Below, one piece after another: positions 55,111 to 64,000 of a DNA stretch of 64,000 nt; position 1 is the first letter of the stretch, and the number at the start of each line of letters is the position of its first letter. Below the pieces are notes generated by a model. That model saw nothing but the letters and a program-made list of their open reading frames with translations, was not told where the DNA came from and made no database searches. Location: NCBI GenBank assembly GCA_963695345.1, contig OY968769.1:2016001-2080000 (forward strand), given 5' to 3'. Origin of the DNA: an uncultured Methanomassiliicoccales archaeon. GTDB lineage: Archaea > Thermoplasmatota > Thermoplasmata > Methanomassiliicoccales > UBA472. The position numbers were made by a program, and so were the translations under genes.

Positions 55111-56175
55111 TCAGATAACCTTGGTTATCGTGGCGATCCTCTCGGCGGCCTCATAGGTCAGACCCATTCCAAGGATCGTGAATCTGTCCTTCCTGATCTT
55201 GTGGGCCGTCACTAGTGCCTGGATCACCTGCTCTTTGGAGATGCCTAGCTCTTTTGCCGAGGTAGGCGCCCCTATCTTCATCAACGCCGTCCTGATGCGG
55301 ACCCAGTCTCCGCCGTGCAGGTACATCATCATGATGCAACCGACCCCGCATTGCTCTCCATGCAATGCCTTGCCCGGTGCAATTATGTCCAACGCGTGCG
55401 AGAACATATGCTCTGAACCGCTGGTCGGCCTGGAGCTTCCCGCTACGCTCATGGATATCCCGGAGATTATTATCGGCCTGATGGCGATCCAGACGGATTC
55501 CTCCAGATTTGGCTTGATCAGGTCCGCATTATCTATGATAGTCTGTGCTGTGTAGTTCGACAGCGCATAGGCCGACCGGCTGAAGCTCTCATACCTCAGC
55601 CTTCTGGCGAACTCCCAATCCATTAGCGCTGTTGAGTTGGATATGACATCCGCACATCCCGATGCCAGTAATCGGTAGGGAGACTTAGCGATGATGTTGG
55701 TGTCCGCGATCACTCCCAACGGAACTTTGGCATCCAATGACATCGATCCCTTCTCGTTACGGATCGACGCTCGGCTCGAGGCGATGCCGTCATGAGAGGC
55801 CGAGGTGGGCACGGACAGGAACTCGCTGTGCGTGTTCTTCGCAGCCATCTTGGCCAGGTCTATCTTGCTTCCGCCGCCGACACCCAATAGGAATTTGGCT
55901 TTGGACTCCTTGGCCGCGCGTTCCACCTTCTTCAAGTTATCATCAGTGGCCTCGCCGACCATGATGCACTGTACCTCATAGCCATTCTTGACCAATCCTT
56001 CGGATACGATATCGCCTGCGACCTTCATGGTCTTGTCACCAGCAACGATCAATGCCGTTCCAGCCAGACTGAAATCCTTGCACATTTGGGGAATCGCATC
56101 GATAGCACCGTGCCCCGCAAGAACCTGTCTGGGAAAAAGCATCGAACGAGCCTTGGTGAAGTCACCCTCATCCAT
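55111..56175 (-). CDS. egsA: Glycerol-1-phosphate dehydrogenase
   Basis: GGGSKID, PTSASHDGIAS, SGSEHMFSHALD, LHGEQ and RFTILG motifs. Confidence 0.96.
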   Translation of the reverse strand: MDEGDFTKARSMLFPRQVLAGHGAIDAIPQMCKDFSLAGTALIVAGDKTMKVAGDIVSEGLVKNGYEVQCIMVGEATDDNLKKVERAAKESKAKFLLGVGGGSKIDLAKMAAKNTHSEFLSVPTSASHDGIASSRASIRNEKGSMSLDAKVPLGVIADTNIIAKSPYRLLASGCADVISNSTALMDWEFARRLRYESFSRSAYALSNYTAQTIIDNADLIKPNLEESVWIAIRPIIISGISMSVAGSSRPTSGSEHMFSHALDIIAPGKALHGEQCGVGCIMMMYLHGGDWVRIRTALMKIGAPTSAKELGISKEQVIQALVTAHKIRKDRFTILGMGLTYEAAERIATITKVI

Positions 56176-56589
56176 CCAAGCACCCTGAACGGAGGTTTAT
56201 ACAGATGCCCTATATTCAAGTTATCGGTGTGGACTCACGCCAGTAGGAAATGTCGACCTCGTGAACGGCATTGGTCGGTCCTAGGGCGGTTCGATCTATT
56301 CAGAAAAGAGGCATCCGGGAAGCTCTGCAAGGTGGAATTTCGATGCTATTCTTAGGAGGAGAATAGGGGGTGAGCCATCTCCGGACTGCCTCTATGAATC
56401 TTCAAATACACTTATATTATATATAGATTCTGAATCCTAAGATAATCACACGATTATTATTAAGACTCAATTTTTCGGGACATTTTATCAATACTGGCTA
56501 TGCAATCAAATGGTATGATTACTATTGATAATGAGATGACTCCTAAGTATAATGATACATCATCCATAAAATAAGTCCGGGAACATAAT

Positions 56590-59305
56590 GTGGACACAGT
56601 TTTGGAAGCCATCGATAAATTCGTGGAAAGGCATGATAAATCCGTTTCCGGATCGTTTTCTGGCGGTGATGTCATTAAGGAATCACAACCACTTTTCTTA
56701 CGACCGACCTCCATCGGATACCCGTTTTTCGTTGTTTGTTGTTCTGCAAATGGAAACATTATCGATGCTTTCATGTGCCAGAATGTGTTTTGGTTGTTCG
56801 ATCCCCTTGGCGGAACAGGACGAGTCGAACAACAATAACAGGCCAAAGGATTTGCCCCCTCCATCGGAGAAATGTTTTCATGTCACTGATTCAACACCGG
56901 TGCTGATGTGTTCATTGGACCGGGAAGGTCAACTGAAATACTACAACAAGGCGTTCGAAGCGGCCATGGAATGCGCGGAACATCCTTTGCTGGGAACCCG
57001 GCTGCATGTTCTGGTGGATACTACTGACCAAGAGGCGTTCTCGGAGATCATCGACAAGTGTTCCAGGGACGCATCGGCCACCGGGAACATGACCGTAAGG
57101 TTAAGGTCGGTCAACGGTCAGGAGGTGGGGTGCCTTTTCAACATTAGCCCGGTGGTGGAAAAGGGCAGTGTGGTCGGGGTCAGCGTCTTCGGGCGCAGGG
57201 CACAGGCAGAGAACGCCATAATGGGGTCCGTTCACCTCTCGTCCCAGCTCATGGATGAACTGCTTACTTTCGTCCATTTGATGGTTATCGCCTTTGACCA
57301 GGCGGGAAAGATAATTGTCTACAATAAGGCAGTGGAGGACTTCGTGTCCCGTTCCAGCAGTGAGGTGCTAGGTACCCAGATCATGGACATCCTGGACCCT
57401 AAGGAGATCCAGGAATCTGAGATACTGCAGGCCGTCCAGGAGGTCCTGTCGGGGAGGACGCTGACGATCAGACTGCCGCTGCTCACGGCCGGAGGGATGG
57501 TCTTCTTGAATTGGAGATTGACTGCGCTCAAGGATGACCTTGGGAGCACGACGGGAGTTCTGGCCCTGACCAACGATCCCAACCACTCGGTCAAAATGGC
57601 CAAGGACATCGAGCAACTGGGTCGCCACATGGAGATCTTGGCGGAGACATCGCGGGACATGAGCGACAACCTCGATCCCACCGAATCGATCGACCATGAA
57701 CTGATCCGAATGGTCAAGGCGCTGGATTTCGATTTCGCCATTTTCCGGCTCATCGATGATGGCAATATGCCTCAGATGTTCTGCTCCGGGGTGGATTTCC
57801 GTAATGGCCGGGCGCTGCTGGAATCTCCCTTGGAGAACGGCAACTCGCTTTACACTAGCGTCGAGAATGGTAACATATTCGTATCTGAGGACCTGCACAA
57901 CGACCGGAGGATATCGATCCAGAATGAAAAACCCAGAGCGCTCATCGGCCTTCCGGTCCACTTCCGACGCGAATCATATGGATGTGCCATATTTGGCAGC
58001 TATCATCCGATGTCCGACATCATGAGCAAGGAGACGGTCCTCCAGGTGTTCTGCAATCAGGTGGCGATATCCCATCGCAACGGTAAGTTGCACCGCCGGC
58101 AAACGCGCAGCAACAACGAGTTCCAGATCCTCTATGACGCCTCGAAGGTACTGTCCAGCACCCTTGACCACAAGGAGGTCATCTTGGCCATACTCAACAA
58201 GGCCAGGCAGTTGGTGAGTGCAGAGAACTGTCTGTTGTTCGAAATGGACCACAACAGCGGCAAACTTCGCTGCACCCAGAACGTATGTCAGATCCCCATC
58301 GACACAGTGGGAATGGAGATGGAACTGGGAGAAGGCATCACTGGGCTGGTGGCCAAGACCGGTCAGGGCATGCTCCTGGAACGGGCCGACCTGGATGAAA
58401 GGTCGGCGTTGTTGGAGGGAACGCTGGACGAGCCCAGCTCGCTGATCTGCGTTCCCATGAAATTCGGGGATGAGATACTCGGCGTGATCACCTTGGAAAA
58501 GAAGCCCGGGGTGCCCTTCACTTCCCGGGAATACAAACTGGTTGAGATGTTCTCGGTGCTGGCCGCGACGGCCATCAAGAACGCCCGCACCTATGCCAAG
58601 GTCAAGGAAAAGGCATCACGCCAGCAGGTCTACAACATACTGCTTACCCATGACGTGGCCAATTACAACGTTCCGATACACGGTTTCCTGGAGATGCTCC
58701 TGACCGATCCCAAGCTCGATGAGAGGCAACGGCGGTACGTCAAGAGCGCCCTGGCCCAATCGGAGAACATTTCCTCGCTGATATCGGATGTGCGCAAACT
58801 GTGGAAGCTCAAAGCGATGGAGCAGAGTCCGCTGCTGCCTGTCGACCTGTTGCCCATCCTCTCTGAGGCCATCCACGATATCCAGATGAACGCGCTCTAT
58901 GGGGACTATCACATCACCTTCCACTCTCCCTTGGGAAGGCTGATGGTCAAGGCGGACAATTTCCTGAAGGACGTCTTCTACAACCTGCTGAGCAACGCCT
59001 GCAAGTATGGCGACCAGAAACCCATCGAGGTAATGGTATCCGAACATTCGGAGAATGGGAATGATTTCTACCGGATCAGCGTGGCGGACTTCGGTCACGG
59101 GATCCCGGATGAAAGAAAGAATTTCCTGTTCAGGAGATTCGACCAACTGGATTCCGAATCGGCGGCGGAAGGACATGGCCTAGGACTTTCCGTGGTCAAT
59201 GCCCTGGCGGAGCGTTACGAGGGGAGGGTCTGGGTGGACAATCGTGTCACAGCGGACTTCTCCAAAGGTTCCATATTCTCGTTGATCATTCCAAGGGTAA
59301 GGTGA
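56590..59305 (+). CDS. PAS-PAS-GAF-GAF sensor histidine kinase; N-terminus probably in the 56590 frame, joined by an extra C near 56805
   Basis: THDVANY, NLLSNACKY, DFGHGI and GHGLGL motifs; PAS- and GAF-like segments; adjacent response regulator. Confidence 0.88.
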
Positions 59306-59366
59306 AATATATTGAATGGGTTACACATTCAATAGTGCATAACGGATGTTTTTGGGAGGTGAATCA

Positions 59367-59741
59367 ATGATCAAAGTACTCATGGTGGACGACAATGTGG
59401 AACATATTCAGCTGTGCTCGGAGTTCTTGCCAGAGGATCAGTTCGAAGTAGACGCGGCCTATACCGGCGGTCAGGCCATTGAGAAGCTGAAGAACAGGAA
59501 ATACGACATTGTGATCCTTGATTACAAGTTGCCGGACATCAACGGCATCGACCTCTTGAAGAAGGTCAGGCCTTTGAACCTGAAAATCCCGGTCCTCTTC
59601 GTTTCCGCTCTGGACGATCCAGACCTGAGTTTCGAGGCGATGAAGGAAGGGGCCTGCGACTATGTCGTCAAGACCTTCCAATACTACAGCAGATTGCGCG
59701 AGCGCATCCTGGAGAACTTGGAAAGTTGCCAAGTACGGTGA
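59367..59741 (+). CDS. Single-domain response regulator
   Basis: MVDDN, ILDYKLPDING, VSA and DYVVK motifs; GGAGGTGA Shine-Dalgarno. Confidence 0.93.
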   Translation: MIKVLMVDDNVEHIQLCSEFLPEDQFEVDAAYTGGQAIEKLKNRKYDIVILDYKLPDINGIDLLKKVRPLNLKIPVLFVSALDDPDLSFEAMKEGACDYVVKTFQYYSRLRERILENLESCQVR

Positions 59742-59781
59742 ACGCCTCGTCAGGATTTTTTCAGGGACGGGTGGGGGTAGA

Positions 59782-60348
59782 ATGGTAACGGTCCTCGGAA
59801 TCCTCGGAAGTCCCCACGCCGTCGGTAACACGGCAGTGCTTCTGGGAGCGTTCCTCGATGGGGCCAGAGACGCGGGGGCAGAGACGATATTGCTGAACGC
59901 CACCGAAATGGCCATTTCCGGTTGCAGGGCATGCGATGCCTGTCAAGAAAACGGCATATGCGTTGTGGACGATGACATGATATCCGTCTATGATGCCATC
60001 CGCCGGGCTGACGTCCTGGTGCTGGCAACCCCGCTCTATTTTTCCGGGATGAGCAGTCAGCTGAAAGCGGTCATCGACAGGTGCCAATGTCTTTGGCATT
60101 TGGCAAGAAAGCGGAACGGCCCGGTCACGAAACGAGGTTATCTGTTGAGCGTTGGTGCGAGGGACAACGCCAACTTCAGGAACGTGCTATCCGAGGTACG
60201 CTCCTTCTACCTGGGGATTGGTGTTTCCTTCAAAGGTGAGGTCACCGTTTCCGGTGTGGACTACGAAGGTGAGATATCCACCCGAAAGGGAGAACTGGCC
60301 AAGGCCTATGGATTAGGTAGGGACGCGGCAACCTCAAGCCCTATCTGA
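59782..60348 (+). CDS. Iron-sulfur flavoprotein/NADPH-dependent FMN reductase family protein
   Basis: GSPH..GNT, CRACDACQENGIC and ATPLYF...S.QLKAVIDR motifs. Confidence 0.87.
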   Translation: MVTVLGILGSPHAVGNTAVLLGAFLDGARDAGAETILLNATEMAISGCRACDACQENGICVVDDDMISVYDAIRRADVLVLATPLYFSGMSSQLKAVIDRCQCLWHLARKRNGPVTKRGYLLSVGARDNANFRNVLSEVRSFYLGIGVSFKGEVTVSGVDYEGEISTRKGELAKAYGLGRDAATSSPI

Positions 60349-61129
60349 GACAACCATTGACCCGGTCCAGGCGCTTGATGCTGGAGCGGATCCAGGTGAA
60401 CACTATCCAAGCCAACAGAAAGGTCAGGATGAGCCCGATCAGCGAAATGAACTCCACGTCCGAGGCGAAGTTGCCCATTATGGCGAACATGTTAAAGGCC
60501 GCATGCAGAACGACCGCCCCCGCATAGTAAAGAAACCATGACTGGGGGTGACCGGCCGCCCTATGGAACTTCGAGAGGGCAATGCCATAACCGGTCACGG
60601 CAGTGGCCGACGCGTGCAGCAAGGTCGAGGTCAATGCCCGGCTGATGGCGATGACAAAGAACAACTCGGTCCCGGCGACCAGAGCGGAACCATTGTAGAG
60701 CACGTTCTCCACGGCCGCAAATCCCAGTCCAGCCGCCGCTCCGTAGACCAGGCCGTCCTCGATCTCGTTCAGCCGCGGCCTCATGTACAGAACCGTCCAG
60801 GATTTGGTAAGCTCTTCCACCACCGGGGCGATGAAGACCGCCAGGATCAGCAGCTGCAGGTTCTGGTCGTTGGGTTGGATCCCCCAGAACCCCTGGGTGA
60901 GCACACTGCCTGGACTGAACAGCGTGCCGACCAGGATGCCTTCTATGATGTAGGCCGCCCCCAATGAGACGACCGCTGCGAATGCGAACGCCATCAGTAC
61001 TGAGCTCATCGATTCCCGTCGGCACAGCTCGGCATTCCTGACCCAGATCATATATGCTATCGGAGGGGCGACCGATAGGGTGACGATCAGGACCAGGCCA
61101 ACAACATCGACCATTATGATCGGTGACAA
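60341..61129 (-). CDS. PrsW-family intramembrane metalloprotease
   Basis: APVVEELTK, DGLVYGAAAGLGFAAVEN, LHA and LHAAFN motifs. Confidence 0.9.
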   Translation of the reverse strand: MSPIIMVDVVGLVLIVTLSVAPPIAYMIWVRNAELCRRESMSSVLMAFAFAAVVSLGAAYIIEGILVGTLFSPGSVLTQGFWGIQPNDQNLQLLILAVFIAPVVEELTKSWTVLYMRPRLNEIEDGLVYGAAAGLGFAAVENVLYNGSALVAGTELFFVIAISRALTSTLLHASATAVTGYGIALSKFHRAAGHPQSWFLYYAGAVVLHAAFNMFAIMGNFASDVEFISLIGLILTFLLAWIVFTWIRSSIKRLDRVNGCLR

Positions 61130-61177
61130 TTCTCACTCAGAGGTAATTAATGACTCCGTCGTCTGCGCCGTTCCGGG

Positions 61178-61876
61178 TCAATGCTGGGGTGCTGCCAGTT
61201 CCTTCGTCGTTTTCCTTAGCACAATGGCCAATGAGACGATGAACACTGCCCCCAAGATCGCGAACACCAACGCCCAGATGCCGCTGGAGACGGAGCTATC
61301 GAGGTTCGTGATGATGGAGAGCGGGGCGTGTATGTTGCCATAGAATACCATGAACCACCAGGCAGCCACCACTGAAAGGACCAGGCTGACCTGGAGCACC
61401 TTCAAGGAGCATTTACCCCGGATGACCAATCCCCAGGACCCCGCCAGAACTCCCCATATGAGCAGCGCGAAACCCGCATCCGCTGGGAAACCCCAATACG
61501 CCGCGAACGGGATCATCGTGATTTGCGCAACGGAAGCGGCTATCGACCCGATCCCGATCGGTTTCCAGTCCCATCCTTTGACCGCCACTATGGCGGTGCC
61601 CATGAACAGCAGGCCGTTGATGATCCCGGAAACCGCCATGACCAGGAACTGGTTCGAACCCGGGTTCCATATAAGCCAGAAAGCAAAAAGGAAGAGACTG
61701 ATGCCGGCAACCAGCGAGCCCATGGCGCCGATGGGTTGTTCAGGCACCATATCTTCCGGCTTGGTCTTCTTCCTCCACCATGTCGGTCCCGCCTCGGTGC
61801 CGCTGCAGAAGAATATCCAATGGCACAGCCCATAGACCAGACCTATCATCGCGAAGGCTACGCCGTTTAGTCCCAT
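61178..61876 (-). CDS. Multi-pass membrane protein, AmiS/UreI-like channel
   Basis: About 7 TM helices; GWDWKPIG resembles the UreI GLDWRP motif; IWGVL resembles AWGVLW. Confidence 0.55.
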   Translation of the reverse strand: MGLNGVAFAMIGLVYGLCHWIFFCSGTEAGPTWWRKKTKPEDMVPEQPIGAMGSLVAGISLFLFAFWLIWNPGSNQFLVMAVSGIINGLLFMGTAIVAVKGWDWKPIGIGSIAASVAQITMIPFAAYWGFPADAGFALLIWGVLAGSWGLVIRGKCSLKVLQVSLVLSVVAAWWFMVFYGNIHAPLSIITNLDSSVSSGIWALVFAILGAVFIVSLAIVLRKTTKELAAPQH

Positions 61877-62052
61877 CGTGACATCCTCGTGCTACCCTGT
61901 GGGTATTCACTCTCAGCAGTCAACCAGATTGGGGATACATAATCCTAACGCCCGCTAGTCTGGTGCCGGTGGTCAATTCTGGTCTGAACGCACAGCTGTC
62001 TGTTCTCTCTTCCCGAACCTGCTCGCCCATCTCAAGAGCTCGAGCGATGAGC

Positions 62053-63087
62053 TCAGATCGAGTTGCTGCTAGACGTGCCCGTGGGCGCATCCAGTGCGGT
62101 CGAATGGGCCGGGACCGTGGCTGCCGTTCCTCCCTCTGGCGATTCGATGATATCCGCTATCACCGGGGTGAACGGGTCCACAAGCGCACCGGCGACCCCC
62201 ATCCTCTCCAGTGAATCGAAATCCCTCTCAGTTATTCCGCCCCCCATGTGGAGGGTTATGCCGTGTGCCAGAGCCCTGGTCACGATATCCTCCGAATAGC
62301 CGGAGCGGGAACCCAGGCGGGGTAGGTCGATGATGGCGATCTCCTCGAACCCGATCCTCTTCAGTGCCTCGATAGCCTCGTCCAGATCGGTAGGTCCAGC
62401 CTCTGCCCTTTCCCAGACCACATCGGTGTCCAAATACAGACAAGGAATGCATTTGTCAGAGAGATCGAAAAGTTCCTTGAACATTCCGATGCTCCGGCAA
62501 CATAGGGTGCCGGCCACCGCATAGGAGACACCCATGGCGAAGGCGTCGAAAAGATCATCCTCGTTCCGCATGCCAATTTCGAGCCAGACGTTGTATTTCC
62601 TCTTGAGGAGCTGCCGTAGGACATCGAAGTTGGGACGGCCTTCCATGATCCCGGCCATGTCCATCAGCAAGACCTCCGGAGCATTGTAGCGCTGTCCCGA
62701 AACGGCCTTCCAGTACTTGCTGAAATTAGCGGAGTACTCGGACCTGACCAGCCGCTCACCATCCCATTTGACGCTGACCACTTCGGCTTTGCTCCCCAGC
62801 GGGATGTCGATCCCGGCCAAGGACAGCAAGGACCTAGTGTCCACTGGCATGATCGGGATGTGCATAAACGATTTCGATGCTTGGTCTTGCTCCATGTTAT
62901 CTTCCTTGAACTCCCTCAATTCCTTCTGACTGGCGAAATCTAACGGGACCGCCTTTCTACCGCACTGGCGGCAGATATACCCTCCGTCCTTGTTATCCAC
63001 TCCTGCCATCGGTCCTCCGAAGATCACCTGCGGTTCGATGTCTCGGCTTCCACAATATGGGCAGGCGCTGATACGCTGATTTGTCAT
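62053..63087 (-). CDS. Zn-ribbon fused to HisA/HisF-like TIM barrel
   Basis: CPYCGS...CRQCG; C-terminal IIDL.RLG..SG...MGGGI...L..MGVAGALV. Confidence 0.75.
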   Translation of the reverse strand: MTNQRISACPYCGSRDIEPQVIFGGPMAGVDNKDGGYICRQCGRKAVPLDFASQKELREFKEDNMEQDQASKSFMHIPIMPVDTRSLLSLAGIDIPLGSKAEVVSVKWDGERLVRSEYSANFSKYWKAVSGQRYNAPEVLLMDMAGIMEGRPNFDVLRQLLKRKYNVWLEIGMRNEDDLFDAFAMGVSYAVAGTLCCRSIGMFKELFDLSDKCIPCLYLDTDVVWERAEAGPTDLDEAIEALKRIGFEEIAIIDLPRLGSRSGYSEDIVTRALAHGITLHMGGGITERDFDSLERMGVAGALVDPFTPVIADIIESPEGGTAATVPAHSTALDAPTGTSSSNSI

Positions 63088-63262
63088 TTCGTTGCTACGA
63101 GCATAGTTGCATAGCGAATAATACTTTCCATGGGACGTTCTGACAAACGGCATCAGGCAACGATGACGATCGAGTGAGTTGGAGAAATTGTGCTCCGGCA
63201 GCGCCATATTATGAATGCTGCCTTCAAAATCGATATGTATCGGGTGAACATTCTTTTCTTAT

Positions 63263-64000
63263 GTGAGCAAGGTCGCCATAGTCGGTGGGTCAGGTCTGCT
63301 CGGCCAGTATCTGGTCGATGAGGCTCTGTCCCGGGGGCACGAGGTCGTCTCCACTTACAAAGGGGGGAAACCCTGCCCCGGAGGCAGGGCGATACCGCTG
63401 GATATGACCGACCAAGGTGCGGTGGAATCGTTCTTTTCCAGGGAAATGCCCGATCGTGTGCTGCTCCCGGCGGCGATGACCGATGTCGACGAGTGCGAAA
63501 GGAAACCGCAACTGGCCTTTTCCGTGAACGTGGAGGGGTCCATGAACATAGCCCAGGCATGCAAGTCCAGCGGTGCACTTTTGCTGTACGTCTCCACCGA
63601 CTATGTGTTCAACGGGTTCAAGGGATCGAAGTACTACGAGTTCGAGACACCGGACCCGCTCAGCATCTATTCCAAGACCAAGCTGGAAGGGGAACGTCTG
63701 GTGATGGATTACTCCAACCGTAACGCGGTCTGCCGGGTCGCGGTGTTGTATGGATGGAATCGATTGTCCAATAAGGACAACTTCGTTACCTGGGTCCTGC
63801 GTTCTGTAAGGGCGGGCAAGGAGGTCAGACTGTTCGAGGACCAATTCGTCTCCGCCACCTATGCCCCCCATTGCGCCAAGGTCCTGACCGAGGTGTCCGA
63901 GAGGGGCTTGAAGGGCTTGTTCCATGCCAGTGGCCCAAACTGCCTTAGCCGTTACCAAATGGGCATGGTGATTGCGGAGGTATTCGGCCTGGACGAATCA
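63263..64000 (+). CDS. rfbD: dTDP-4-dehydrorhamnose reductase family SDR (runs off window; missing from ORF track)
   Basis: Own translation from GTG: GGSGLLG, AAMTDVDECE, VSTDYVFNG, YSKTKLEGE and DQFVSAT motifs. Confidence 0.88.
   Translation, partial: MSKVAIVGGSGLLGQYLVDEALSRGHEVVSTYKGGKPCPGGRAIPLDMTDQGAVESFFSREMPDRVLLPAAMTDVDECERKPQLAFSVNVEGSMNIAQACKSSGALLLYVSTDYVFNGFKGSKYYEFETPDPLSIYSKTKLEGERLVMDYSNRNAVCRVAVLYGWNRLSNKDNFVTWVLRSVRAGKEVRLFEDQFVSATYAPHCAKVLTEVSERGLKGLFHASGPNCLSRYQMGMVIAEVFGLDES

Overview
GC-rich archaeal chromosomal segment. Gene content (egsA, membrane-anchored LonB, Hel308, Cgi121, HMG-CoA synthase/thiolase/DUF35 cluster, several KaiC/RAD55-type ATPases, archaellin-like gene, cbi genes, giant FN3 and Ig-like surface proteins) suggests Thermoplasmata, most likely Methanomassiliicoccales. 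That assignment is inference: no mcr or rRNA gene is in the window. About 50 CDS and one tRNA-Pro(CGG) are supported. At least 10 genes are split by frameshifts. All resolve as extra bases, which points to long-read sequencing error rather than pseudogenisation. The most interesting items: (1) a lone TnpB/Cas12f-like nuclease beside the tRNA, with intact RuvC residues and unusual structured flanks; (2) an uncharacterised tandem-PH plus double-zinc-ribbon gene cluster; (3) a Cys-rich PAS hybrid kinase divergent from hemerythrin-rubredoxin; (4) an active/inactive KaiC pair near an orphan archaellin; (5) a 1444-aa helical-repeat protein; (6) a stand-alone UreI/AmiS-like channel. No CRISPR array or rRNA gene was seen.
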